64,000 nucleotides of DNA from Eledone cirrhosa. Its lineage: Eukaryota. The position numbers and the translations under genes are program-made. Below, in pieces: positions 1 through 11,900 of the stretch (the first letter of the stretch is position 1; every line of letters starts with the position of its first letter). The stretch lies in NCBI GenBank assembly GCA_964016885.1, contig OZ024741.1, positions 410,068,001 to 410,132,000 on the forward strand, in the 5' to 3' direction. Under the pieces are notes generated by a model that saw only the letters and a program-made list of their open reading frames with translations, searched no databases and was not told the DNA's origin.

Positions 1-12
1 TCTCTCTCTCTC

Positions 13-64
<52 letters not shown>

Positions 65-139
65 CCTCTCTCTCTCTCTCTCCCTCCCTCCTCTCTCTCT
101 CCCCCTCTCTCCCCCCTCTCTCTCTATATATATATATAT
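1..139. repeat. (TC)n then (TA)n microsatellite
   Basis: Direct reading of the dinucleotide tracts. Confidence 0.95.
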
Positions 140-917
140 GAAAACAAGGAGAAAAAGACGATTATTAGGAAGAAAAATTTTCTTTTTCCCTTTTTATTTA
201 TTTCTCTCTTTTTTTCTGGGTTAGAAAATGATTAAAACGAAATATTTTACTTTGTGTGAAGTGTTAAGGTATTAGTTAATTTATTTATTAATTAACAATG
301 GCATTTATTTATTTATTGATATATTTAATAATTGTCTATTACCGGTTTCAGCATTTTTATGCATTATCAAATGATAATATGTATTGGTGTAGAATGGTGG
401 TGTTGGACATGTTAAAGAAATGGTGCAGAAAGAATAATGTTATTTACAAACAAGGTTTATGAAGTGAAAAGAAAAAAGAAAAAAAGGACGTAATGTGGAG
501 CATAAGTCAATGTAAAAGAAAAAATAATGTTATTTACAGGCATAGTTCTTGAAGATAAGCAGATCAAAATGTGTTAATATAGCAAGAGTGCTTAGTTGAT
601 CCATGATGGAGGCAAATGGTGGAGTCCACCATTTGTCTTTAACATGTCCAACACCACCATTCTACACCAATACATATTATTATCATTTGATAATGCATAA
701 AAATGCTGAAACCGGTAATAGACAATTATTAAATATATCAATAAATAAATAAATGCCATTGTTAATTAATAAATAAATCAACTAATACCTCAACACTTCA
801 CACAAAGTAAAATATTTCGCTTTAATCATTTTCTAACCCAGAAAAAAGAGAGAAATAAATAAAAAGGGAAAAAAAATTTTTTTTCTTCCTAATAATCGTC
901 TTTTTCTCCCTGTTTTC
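140..917. mobile_element. Fold-back element 1 (~290-bp inverted arms 140-425 / 627-917) between (TA)n tracts; probable non-autonomous Penelope-like derivative
   Basis: The arms are near-exact reverse complements (accggtttcagcatttttatgcattatcaaa vs tttgataatgcataaaaatgctgaaaccggt). Each arm carries a hammerhead-like core. The PLE origin is inferred. Confidence 0.8.
679..726 (+). ncRNA. Type I hammerhead ribozyme, U3-A8 core variant (mirror copy on - strand at ~331-378)
   Basis: UUGAUAA 687-693; stem II GCAU/AUGC; GAAA 708-711; palindromic helix III ACCGGU; GUA cleavage triplet 715-717; stem I imperfect. Confidence 0.6.
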
Positions 918-965
918 ATATATATATATATATATATATCCTAACTCGTGTGCTTCCTCTCCACA

Positions 966-1068
<103 letters not shown>

Positions 1069-1094
1069 ATGTAGAAAGGTAACACCTGAGTTGA

Positions 1095-1527
<433 letters not shown>

Positions 1528-1977
1528 TGCTCTTATTTTGTAATTTGATAAATAGTTCTGATTATCGAGTTATTTTAATTATTTTGATTATTTTAGCTCT
1601 TTCAGTCATCGAGCAAAACTGGTTAAGGCGGACACCATGCACACACGTATACATATGAATATATATATATATATGTGTGTGTGTGTGTATTTCATATATA
1701 TATATTTATATGTATACATGTGTGTGTATTTCAACCCAAGAGTGTACTAACTGCTTTTTCTAGCAATTACGATATTCACTTTTTGTCCACCTAGCTACCC
1801 ATTTGTGACCTCTGTATCATGTATTAATGTCTCCCTCTGCCTCTTGAGATATTTTCACTTGCTACAAAAGAACCTGTCCTTTTTCTTGACTGATGTATCA
1901 TGTGTTAATTCCTCCCTCCGTCTAAAGAGTTTTTCTCACTTGTTACAAACACGTTAGGAAAACCTTTTTTCTGAGGT

Positions 1978-2067
1978 GTCTCTTGAAAATCTGATTTGCC
2001 TCACAACGATGATTCATTTCTATAATGCACAGGGTAGCACAAGGATCAGTGAAACTGCAGTCAGGAC
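1978..2067 (+). ncRNA. Hammerhead-like motif with U3-A8 core and extended stem II
   Basis: UUGAAAA 1983-1989; stem II base CUGAU/AUCAG; GAAA 2051-2054; palindrome ACUGCAGU; GUC triplet 2060-2062; stem I GUCU/GGAC with one mismatch next to the core. Confidence 0.5.
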
Positions 2068-2108
2068 TTTGAACAGAAAATAGGTATATTTTTGTCTATT
2101 ATTTCCTC

Positions 2109-2176
<68 letters not shown>

Positions 2177-2195
2177 GCCAGAAATCAATCAAATG

Positions 2196-2262
2196 CAAAA
2201 GAAACCATCAGGAAAGCCCTGATGATTTCTTTTGAATGAAACAGATGTAGTCCTGTAGAAGC
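2196..2262 (+). ncRNA. Degenerate hammerhead in a short fold-back; same family as 60941-61050
   Basis: CUGAUGA 2219-2225, GAAA 2238-2241, GUA 2247-2249. 2196-2212 is an inverted copy of 2218-2234. Stem I is not formed. Confidence 0.45.
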
Positions 2263-2662
2263 CATTTCTATATATTGAGTTACCAAGACTACCAAATGGC
2301 TTTTTTGTTTTCCCTTTTCATTTTCATTTTTTTTGTGTCTTTACTGGACATTCGTTGTTTCTTCATTGTAATCCTGCCTTTGTACTCCTGAAGAAAGACT
2401 TAAGCCCGACACCTTCAACTTTCTTTCCTCTTTCCAACTTTCCAATATAAAGCGTGAAACAAATAAGACTGTCTGTTGTCTCCTTCAACTATATATATAT
2501 CTGACTGTTCCTCACGGAGGAAAGTCTGTGACATTTATCCGTTATTTCTTCAAAGTTACATTTTAAACTTAGATCCGTTTAAATGATTATTTATCTAGTT
2601 AATTTCTACGATTAAGGAGGAAAAGAATTGGATATATTTTGTCTGACTGTTCTTCAAACTTA

Positions 2663-2700
<38 letters not shown>

Positions 2701-2706
<6 letters not shown>

Positions 2707-3098
2707 ATTAAATAAATGGAAACTATATTTATAAAACCATATTTATTTCGTTATATATATTTCAGGGATATCATATTAACAATATGTTATGCCTTCTTCA
2801 GACAAAATACAATATAAACAGTCTTATATCAACCTCCCAAATGCAAGGTGATTGAAAGGTATGTCGTATCTATTTATTTATTTATAAGACTGTTTATATT
2901 GTATTTTGTCTGAAGAAGGCATAACATATTGTTAATATGATATCCCTGAAATATATATAACGAAATAAATATGGTTTTATAAATATAGTTTCCATTTATT
3001 TAATATCATAAATATACTCCAAATACTTGTTGAGTGCTTTTATATCAGTTATAAATATTTACTCGTTGTTAACCCAACAATTTAAATATAACTTTCCA
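2701..3098. mobile_element. Fold-back element 3: 128-bp apparently identical inverted arms (2701-2828 / 2883-3010) plus a 3' extension, in (TA)n
   Basis: Position x mirrors 5711-x; 54-bp spacer; (TA)n on both flanks. Confidence 0.85.
2896..2972 (+). ncRNA. Canonical-core type I hammerhead ribozyme (mirror copy on - strand at 2739-2815)
   Basis: Stem I UAUUUUGU 2902-2909 pairs with ACGAAAUA 2960-2967; CUGAAGA 2910-2916; 31-nt stem II hairpin 2917-2947; GAAA 2948-2951; helix III AUAUAUAU; AUA triplet, predicted cut after 2959. Confidence 0.8.
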
Positions 3099-3150
3099 TA
3101 TATATATATATATATATTTAAAATAATAGAGGTGTAACACACGAGTTATG

Positions 3151-3682
3151 ATATATTGGTAAGCGGAAAAGAAAATGCTGACAAATTGTTCTCAGTGAAA
3201 AATAGTTTAATTAGGAATAAGTAAAAATTAGTAATAATTATTGGTTAGTATTCAGTTTGGGTTTTAAGTTTTACCGGTTGCGCATTTCTAATGCTTTTCA
3301 AAAATAATTTTGAGATTGAGCGCCCGTGATGTTTGCTCTAATCTGATTAGTTTTGGAAATTCTACCTGTTTTATGTGAAAAAAGTGGCTCCAGATGTATT
3401 AAAATAAGTTTCGCGCCAATTCGAGGTGCAAAAATTCTTGTGGTCAAAACAATTTTGATTGGTCGGTAGAGGTCATGTGAATGTTAAAAATTGATTTTGC
3501 GCCAAATGTAGGTTTGTGTCGGCTGATTGAGAAGTCACTGAAAAATAAGTCTTTCAAAACAAATATGTGTGTGTGTGTGTGTGTGTGTGTAGTAGTAGTA
3601 AAGAGGTTCGTTGTTGTGATAATGGTCAGCAGGGATGTGTGTGCGAACCGCAGCCTGTTGACAGTTCAAATGCCTATTAAGA

Positions 3683-3725
<43 letters not shown>

Positions 3726-3831
3726 CAGAGTAATTCGTGGTAGAGGGATGGTCAGTAGGAATGTGTCTGTGCGTGTGTGGGGGATATTTTAACATGTTAA
3801 AAGATTTTTTTAGCTCTTGTCTTATACGGAG

Positions 3832-3908
<77 letters not shown>

Positions 3909-4426
3909 CCTCTTTGTATGTTAATGTACGCGTGTGTATGTGTGTGTGTATATGTGTGTGTGTGTATATATGTGTGTGTTTACTACTACTACTACACACA
4001 CACACAGACACATATATGTTTTGAAAGACTTATTTTTCAGTGACTTCTCAATCAGCCGACACAAACCTACATTTGGCGCAAAATCAATTTTTAACATTCA
4101 CATGACCTCTACCGACCAATCAAAATTGTTTTGACCACAAGAATTTTTGCAACTCGAATTGGCGCGAAACTTATTTTAATACATCTGGAGCCACTTTTTT
4201 CACATAAAACAGGTAGAATTTCCAAAACTAATCAGATTAGAGCAAACATCACGGGCGCTCTATCTCAAAATTATTTTTGAAAAGCATTAGAAATGCGCAA
4301 CCGGTAAAACTTAAAACCCAAACTGAATACTAACCAATACTTATTACTAATTTTTACTTATTCCTAATTAAACTATTTTTCACTGAGAACAATTTGTCAA
4401 CATTTTCTTTTCCATTTACCAATATA
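3151..4426. mobile_element. Fold-back element 4 (~450-bp inverted arms 3151-3602 / 3979-4426, (GT)n-rich spacer) in (TA)n
   Basis: The arms are reverse complements with a handful of mismatches, including mirrored (GT)n/(AC)n and (GTA)n/(TAC)n tracts. Confidence 0.85.
4274..4309 (+). ncRNA. Hammerhead-like motif, U3-A8 core with GCAA in place of GAAA (mirror on - strand at ~3268-3305)
   Basis: UUGAAAA 4277-4283; stem II GCAUU/AAUGC; GCAA 4297-4300; ACCGGU palindrome; GUA 4304-4306; stem I weak. Confidence 0.4.
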
Positions 4427-4672
4427 TATATATATATACTCTTAACATCCTATATTACCTGTGACTGCCTTAGAAAAGTATTCTTGAAATGTAAAAAGAA
4501 AAGTACTATAACTACATCACATTAAATATTAAAGTCTTTACACTAATACTGTAAATTTTCATAATGATCTGCCTGCCCACTAGTAAGTATACTATAAATA
4601 TTTGAATTAACAAACCACATTAGTAAGATATTCTTGAAAGGTACAACCAACACTATGACTGTATCACATCAA

Positions 4673-4881
4673 CCCTTTAGAATTTACATTACTCTATATT
4701 TTACTATTGTATTTTCATGGTAAAGGCTTTATCTCACATAGTATCAAATCTACGACATTTTGATATTATTTATTTCGAGAACAATACCATAACATCAGTA
4801 TGAGTGACTGATTACAGCTAGTTAGAACAGAAAGAGGTGAGAGAATTCTAGCCGGATATGGCCGGTTTAAATGCTAAAGGG
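4673..4881. mobile_element. piggyBac-type MITE
   Basis: TIRs CCCTTTAG(A/C)ATTTA ... TAAATGCTAAAGGG; flanks TCAA (4669-4672) and TTAA (4882-4885), matching a TTAA target duplication with one change. Confidence 0.75.
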
Positions 4882-5214
4882 TTAAATACTAAAATCTTTA
4901 CTATAATACTGTAAATTTTCTCAACAATCTGTCCCCTAGTAAAGACACTATAGATATTTGAATTAACAAACTGAATAACCCCATTAAAAAGAAATTGTTG
5001 AAAATTACAACAATTATGTTACGGCCAATTTCCTTGCTAAAGCTGGGGTTAGCCTTGTGAACCCTATGACAAGCCTTGTATTAACCACGGGGTCTTCTGT
5101 AAGGCAATGTTTTACAGCTAGATACCCTTTCTGCTACCAACCCTTTTAGTTGCTTATGAGAAATATATAAAACACAAGCCAGTAAAAATATAATAAAACG
5201 TTATAGTCACATAC

Positions 5215-5270
5215 CCATATGTTTTTCCATAAATTTCATACCAATCAAGGTAGGTACTATAGAAAGCTTG
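5215..5270 (-). CDS. Cytochrome P450 clan 3 (CYP3A-like), exon equivalent to exon 3: QAFYSTYLDWYEIYGKTYG
   Basis: ttacag acceptor and GG|gtatgt donor; 56 bp, phase 0 to phase 2. YGKTYG resembles the CYP3A exon-3 end (KYGKVWG). It joins in frame with the exon at 41689-41785. Confidence 0.8.
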
Positions 5271-5370
5271 CTGTAATTAAAAAAATGTAAGAAACGTCTT
5301 CAAAATATGCTTTTCATAGTAACATTGCTGCTCATATAATTAGTGTAGCGATTCGAGAAATTTATTATAA

Positions 5371-5412
5371 TCACTGAAGATGTCACAAAAGTGTATGACG
5401 AAAGAACTTTGA
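5371..5412 (+). ncRNA. Type I hammerhead-like motif
   Basis: Stem I UCA/UGA; CUGAAGA 5374-5380; stem II GUCA/UGAC; GAAA 5400-5403; minimal helix III AG/CU; CUU triplet. Confidence 0.5.
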
Positions 5413-5430
5413 GAAATTATATTTATATTT

Positions 5431-5649
5431 ATATTTTTAACTGTTGATCAATCAATGATAAACATTGATTGCCAACTAAATTATTGATAGAAATATAAAA
5501 GAATATACTGAAACTGAAGCAAAAACCAAACCAAACAGTGAGTGTATTAATAATGCACTGGGTAATTGCTGGCCTTGTGCCAAAAGTAGAAACAATTATT
5601 ATGTCTGGCAATATTAGGACAACATGACCCTCCCCAAATATAACAATAG
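5431..5649 (+). repeat. Diverged direct-repeat copy A (copy B at 41461-41625); contains a SINE 3' fragment at ~5551-5601
   Basis: Shared blocks tcaatcaatgataaacattgattgcca, ccaaaccaaacagtg, tctggcaatatta and atgaccctccccaa. Confidence 0.8.
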
Positions 5650-5709
5650 ATTAATTAGTTAATTTAAATTACATTTGAAATGTGGAGGAAATATTAGCTT
5701 ACATATTAG

Positions 5710-5840
5710 CCAGAATCAGTTCCCATATGAGCAAGACAAGGTCAGCCGACTGGACACTGACCGCAACAGGACAACCCATCTAACCCATGCTAGCGTGGAA
5801 GAACTGACGTGAAACGGTGATAATGATGATGATGATGATT
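5710..5840 (+). mobile_element. RTE-family 3' tail fragment ending in (GAT)n
   Basis: aacccatgctagcgtggaa...gatgatgat matches the 3' end of the RTE at ~55170-55209. Confidence 0.65.
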
Positions 5841-5982
5841 AATTCTAGGTAAAAAAGGCAGGGGGCGGGGGGCGGGATAACTGTGAAATCTTAATTTACT
5901 GAAAATAGAAAACATCAATCTCTAAAAACTATAATTTTGTGGGCACAACGTATAAAATTGTAATCTTTACTATCTTATATCC

Positions 5983-8900
5983 AGGGTATTTAGTAACATA
6001 AGCTAGTCCTACAATGTACACCTGTGTATTTATAACCCAATGTTAGCCCTACAAATGTGTACCCGGGTATTTAACAACCAAGGTTAGCCCTACAATGTAT
6101 ACCTTGGTATTTAACACCTAATGTTAGCCCAACAATGATTACCTTGGTATTTAACAACCAATGTTAGCACTACATTGTATACCTTGGTATTTAACAACCA
6201 AGGTTAACCCTACAATATATACCTTGGTATTTAACACCCAACGTTAGCCCTACAATGTATACGTTGGTATTTAACAACCAATGTTAGTCCTACAATGTAT
6301 ACCTTGGTATTTAACACCCAATGTTAACCCTACAATGTATACATTGGTATTTAACAACCAAGGTTAGCCCTACAATGTGTACCTGGGTATTTAACATCCA
6401 AGGTTAGCCCTACAATGCATACCTGGGTATTTAACAAACATGGTTAGCCCTACAAAGTATACCTTGGTATTTAACATCCGACGCTAGCCCTACAATGTAT
6501 ACGTTGGTATTTAACAACCAATGTTAGCCCTACAATGTATACATTGGTATTTAACACCCAACGTTAGCTCTACAATGTATAGCTTGGTATTTAACATCCA
6601 AAGTTAGCCCTACAATGTATACCTTGGTATTTAACATCCGACTCTAGCCCTACAATGCATACCTTGGTATATAACACCCAATGTTAGCCCTACAATATAT
6701 ACATTGGTATTTAACACCCAATGTTAGCGCTACAATATATACCTTGGTATTTAACACCCAAACTTAGCCCTACAATGTATACCTTGGTATTTAACCCCCA
6801 ATGTTAGTCCTACAGTGTATACCTTGGTATTTAACACCCGACGTTAGCCCTAAAATGTATGCCTTGGTATTTAACAACCAAGATTAGCCCTACAATGTAT
6901 ACCATGGTATTTAACAACCAATGATAGCCCTACGATGTATAACTTGGTATTTAACATCCAAGGTTAGCCCTACAATGTGTACCTTGGTATTTAACAACCA
7001 ATCTTAGCCCTACAGTGTATACCTTGGTATTTAACAACCAAGGTTAGCCCTACAATGTATACGTTGGTATTTAACAACCAATGTTAGCCCTACAATGTAT
7101 ACCTTGGTATTTAACACCCAATGTTAACCCTACAATGTATACATTGGTATTTAACAACCAAGGTTAGCCCTACAATGTATACGTTGGTATTTAACAACCA
7201 ATGTTAGCCCTACAATGTATACCTTGGTATTTAACATCCGACACTAGCCCTACAATGTATACCTTGGTATTTAACACCCAACGTTAGACTTCAATGTATA
7301 CGTTGGTATTTAACAACCAATGTTAGCCCTACAAGGTATAACTTGGTATTTAACACCCAATTTTAGCCCTACAATGTATACATTGGTATTTAACAACCAA
7401 GGTTAGCCCTACAATGTGTACCTGGGTATTTAACATCCAAGGTTAGCCTTACAATGTATACTTTTGTATTTAACAACCATGGTTAGCCCTACTATGTATA
7501 CCTTGGTATTTAACATCAGACTCTAGCCCTACAATGTATACCTTGTTATTTAACACCCAATGTTAGCCCTACAATATATACATTGGTATTTAACACACAA
7601 ACTTAGCCCTACATTGTATACATTGGTATTTAACACCCAGTGTTAGCCCTACAATGTATAGCTTGGTATTTAACAAACAAGGTTAGCCGTACAATGTATA
7701 TCTTGGTATTTAAGAACCAAGGTTAGCCCTACAATTATATACGTTGGTATTTAACACCCAACGTTAGCCCTACAATGTATACCTTGGCATTTAACAACCA
7801 TGGTTAGCACTACAATGTATACCTTGGTATTTAACACCCAATGTTAGCCCTACAATGTACACCTGGGTATTTAACAACCAAGGTTAGCCCTACAATGTGT
7901 ACCTGGGTATTTAACATCCAAGGCTAGCCCTACAATGTATACATGGGTATTTAACAACCATGGCTAGCGCTACAATGTATACCTTGGTATTTAACAAACA
8001 TAGTAAGCCCTACAATGTATACTTTGGTATTTAAAACCCAATGTTAGACCTACATGGTATAGCTTGGTATTTAACACCCAACGTTAGCCCTACAATGTAT
8101 ACCTTTGTATTTAACAACCAAGATTAGCCCTACAATGTATACCATGGTATTTAACAACCAATGTTAACACTACAATGTATACATTGGTATTTAACACCCA
8201 ATGTTAGCCCTACAATATATACCTTGGTATTTAACACCCAACGTTAGCCCTACAATGTATACGTTGGTATTTAACAACCAATGTTAGTCCTACAATGTAT
8301 ACCTTGGTATTTAACACCCAATGTTAACCCTACAATGTATACATTGGTATTTAACAACCAAGGTTAGCCCTACAATGTGTACCTGGGTATTTAACATCCA
8401 AGGTTAGCCCTACAATGTATACCTGGGTATTTAACAAACATGGTTAGCCCTACAAAGTATACCTTGGTATTTAACATCCGACGCTAGCCCTACAATGTAT
8501 ACGTTGGTATTTAACAACCAATGTTAGCCCTACAATGTATACATTGGTATTTAACACCCAACGTTAGCTCTACAATGTATAGCTTGGTATTTAACATCCA
8601 AAGTTAGCCCTACAATGTATACCTTTGTATTTAACAACCATGGTTATCCCTACTATGTATACCTTGGTATTTACCATCCGACTCTAGCCCTACAATGCAT
8701 ACCTTGGTATATAACACCCAATGTTAGCCCTACAATATATACATTGGTATTTAACACCCAATGTTAGCGCTACAATATATACCTTGGTATTTAACACCCA
8801 AACTTAGCCCTACAATGTATACCTTGGTATTTAACCCCCAATGTTAGCCCTACAGTGTATACCTTGGTATTTAACACCCGACGTTAGCCCTAAAATGTAT

Positions 8901-11900
8901 ACCTTGGTATTTAACAACCAAGATTAGCCCTACAATGTATACCATGGTATTTAACAACCAATGATAGCCCTACAATGTATAACTTGGTATTTAACATCCA
9001 AGGTTAGCCCTACAATGTGTACCTTGGTATTTAACAACCAATCTTAGCCCTACAGTGTATACCTTGGTATTTAACAACCAAGGTTAGCCCTACAATGTAT
9101 ACGTTGGTATTTAACAACCAATGTTAGCCCTACAATGTATACCTTGGTATTTAACACCCAATGTTAACCCTACAATGTATACCTTGGTATTTAACAACTA
9201 AAGTTAGCCCTACAATGTATACGTTGGTATTTAACAACCAATGTTAGCCCTACAATGTATACCTTGGTATTTAACATCCGACACTAGCCCTACAATGTAT
9301 ACCTTGGTATTTAACACCCAACGTTAGACTTCAATGTATACGTTGGTATTTAACAACCAATGTTAGCCCTACAATGTATAACTTGGTATTTAACACCCAA
9401 TTTTAGCCCTACAATGTATACATTGGTATTTAACAACCAAGGTTAGCCCTACAATGTGTACCTGGGTATTTAACATCCAAGGTTAGCCCTACAATGTATA
9501 CTTTTGTATTTAACAACCATGGTTAGCCCTACTATGTATACCATGGTATTTAACATCAGACTCTAGCCCTACAATGTATACCTTGTTATTTAACACCCAA
9601 TGTTAGCCCTACAATATATACATTGGTATTTAACACACAAACTTAGCCCTACAATGTATACCTTGGTATTTAACACCCAATGTTAGCCCTACAATGTATA
9701 CCTTGGTATTTAACAACAAAGGTTAACCCCACAATGTATACTTTGGTATTTAACACCCAATGTTAGACCTACACTGTATACCTTGGTATTTAACACCCAA
9801 CGTTAGCTCTACAATGTATAGCTTGGTATATAACAACCAATGTTAGCCCTACAATGTATACCTTGGTATTTAACACCCAATGTTAACCCTACAATGTATA
9901 CATTGGTATTTAACAACCAAGGTTAGCCCTACAATGTATACGTTGGTATTTAACAACCAATGTTAGCCCTACAATGTATACCTTGGTATTTAACATCCGA
10001 CACTAGCCCTACAATGTATACCTTGGTATTTAACACCCAACGTTAGACTTCAATGTATACGTTGGTATTTAACAACCAATGTTAGCCCTACAAGGTATAA
10101 CTTGGTATTTAACACCCAATTTTAGCCCTACAATGTATACATTGGTATTTAACAACCAAGGTTAGCCCTACAATGTGTACCTGGGTATTTAACATCCAAG
10201 GTTAGCCTTACAATGTATACTTTTGTATTTAACAACCATGGTTAGCCCTACTATGTATACCTTGGTATTTAACATCAGACTCTAGCCCTACAATGTATAC
10301 CTTGTTATTTAACACCCAATGTTAGCCCTACAATATATACATTGGTATTTAACACACAAACTTAGCCCTACATTGTATACATTGGTATTTAACACCCAGT
10401 GTTAGCCCTACAATGTATAGCTTGGTATTTAACAAACAAGGTTAGCCGTACAATGTATATCTTGGTATTTAAGAACCAAGGTTAGCCCTACAATTATATA
10501 CGTTGGTATTTAACACCCAACGTTAGCCCTACAATGTATACCTTGGCATTTAACAACCATGGTTAGCACTACAATGTATACCTTGGTATTTAACACCCAA
10601 TGTTAGCCCTACAATGTACACCTGGGTATTTAACAACCAAGGTTAGCCCTACAATGTGTACCTGGGTATTTAACATCCAAGGCTAGCCCTACAATGTATA
10701 CATGGGTATTTAAAAACCATGGCTAGCGCTACAATGTATACCTTGGTATTTAACAAACATAGTAAGCCCTACAATGTATACTTTGGTATTTAAAACCCAA
10801 TGTTAGCCCTACATGGTATAGCTTGGTATTTAACACCCAACGTTAGCCCTACAATGTATACCTTTGTATTTAACAACCAAGATTAGCCCTACAATGTATA
10901 CCATGGTATTTAACAACCAATGTTAACACTACAATGTATACATTGGTATTTAACACCCAATGTTAGCCCTACAATATATACCTTGGTATTTAACACCCAA
11001 CGTTAGCCCTACAATGTATACGTTGGTATTTAACAACCAATGTTAGTCCTACAATGTATACCTTGGTATTTAACACCCAATGTTAACCCTACAATGTATA
11101 CATTGGTATTTAACAACCAAGGTTAGCCCTACAATGTGTACCTGGGTATTTAACATCCAAGGTTAGCCCTACAATGTATACCTGGGTATTTAACAAACAT
11201 GGTTAGCCCTACAAAGTATACCTTGGTATTTAACATCCGACGCTAGCCCTACAATGTATACGTTGGTATTTAACAACCAATGTTAGCCCTACAATGTATA
11301 CATTGGTATTTAACACCCAACGTTAGCTCTACAATGTATAGCTTGGTATTTAACATCCAAAGTTAGCCCTACAATGTATACCTTTGTATTTAACAACCAT
11401 GGTTATCCCTACTATGTATACCTTGGTATTTACCATCCGACTCTAGCCCTACAATGCATACCTTGGTATATAACACCCAATGTTAGCCCTACAATATATA
11501 CATTGGTATTTAACAGCCAATGTTAGCGCTACAATATATACCTTGGTATTTAACACCCAAACTTAGCCCTACAATGTATACCTTGGTATTTAACCCCCAA
11601 TGTTAGCCCTACAGTGTATACCTTGGTATTTAACACCCGACGTTAGCCCTAAAATGTATACCTTGGTATTTAACAACCAAGATTAGCCCTACAATGTATA
11701 CCATGGTATTTAACAACCAATGATAGCCCTACAATGTATAACTTGGTATTTAACATCCAAGGTTAGCCCTACAATGTGTACCTTGGTATTTAACAACCAA
11801 TCTTAGCCCTACAGTGTATACCTTGGTATTTAACAACCAAGGTTAGCCCTACAATGTATACGTTGGTATTTAACAACCAATGTTAGCCCTACAATGTATA

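Noticed and set aside
2385-2420. Hammerhead-like CTGAAGA...GACA
   Set aside because: GAAA box and stem II are broken; at best a heavily decayed relic.
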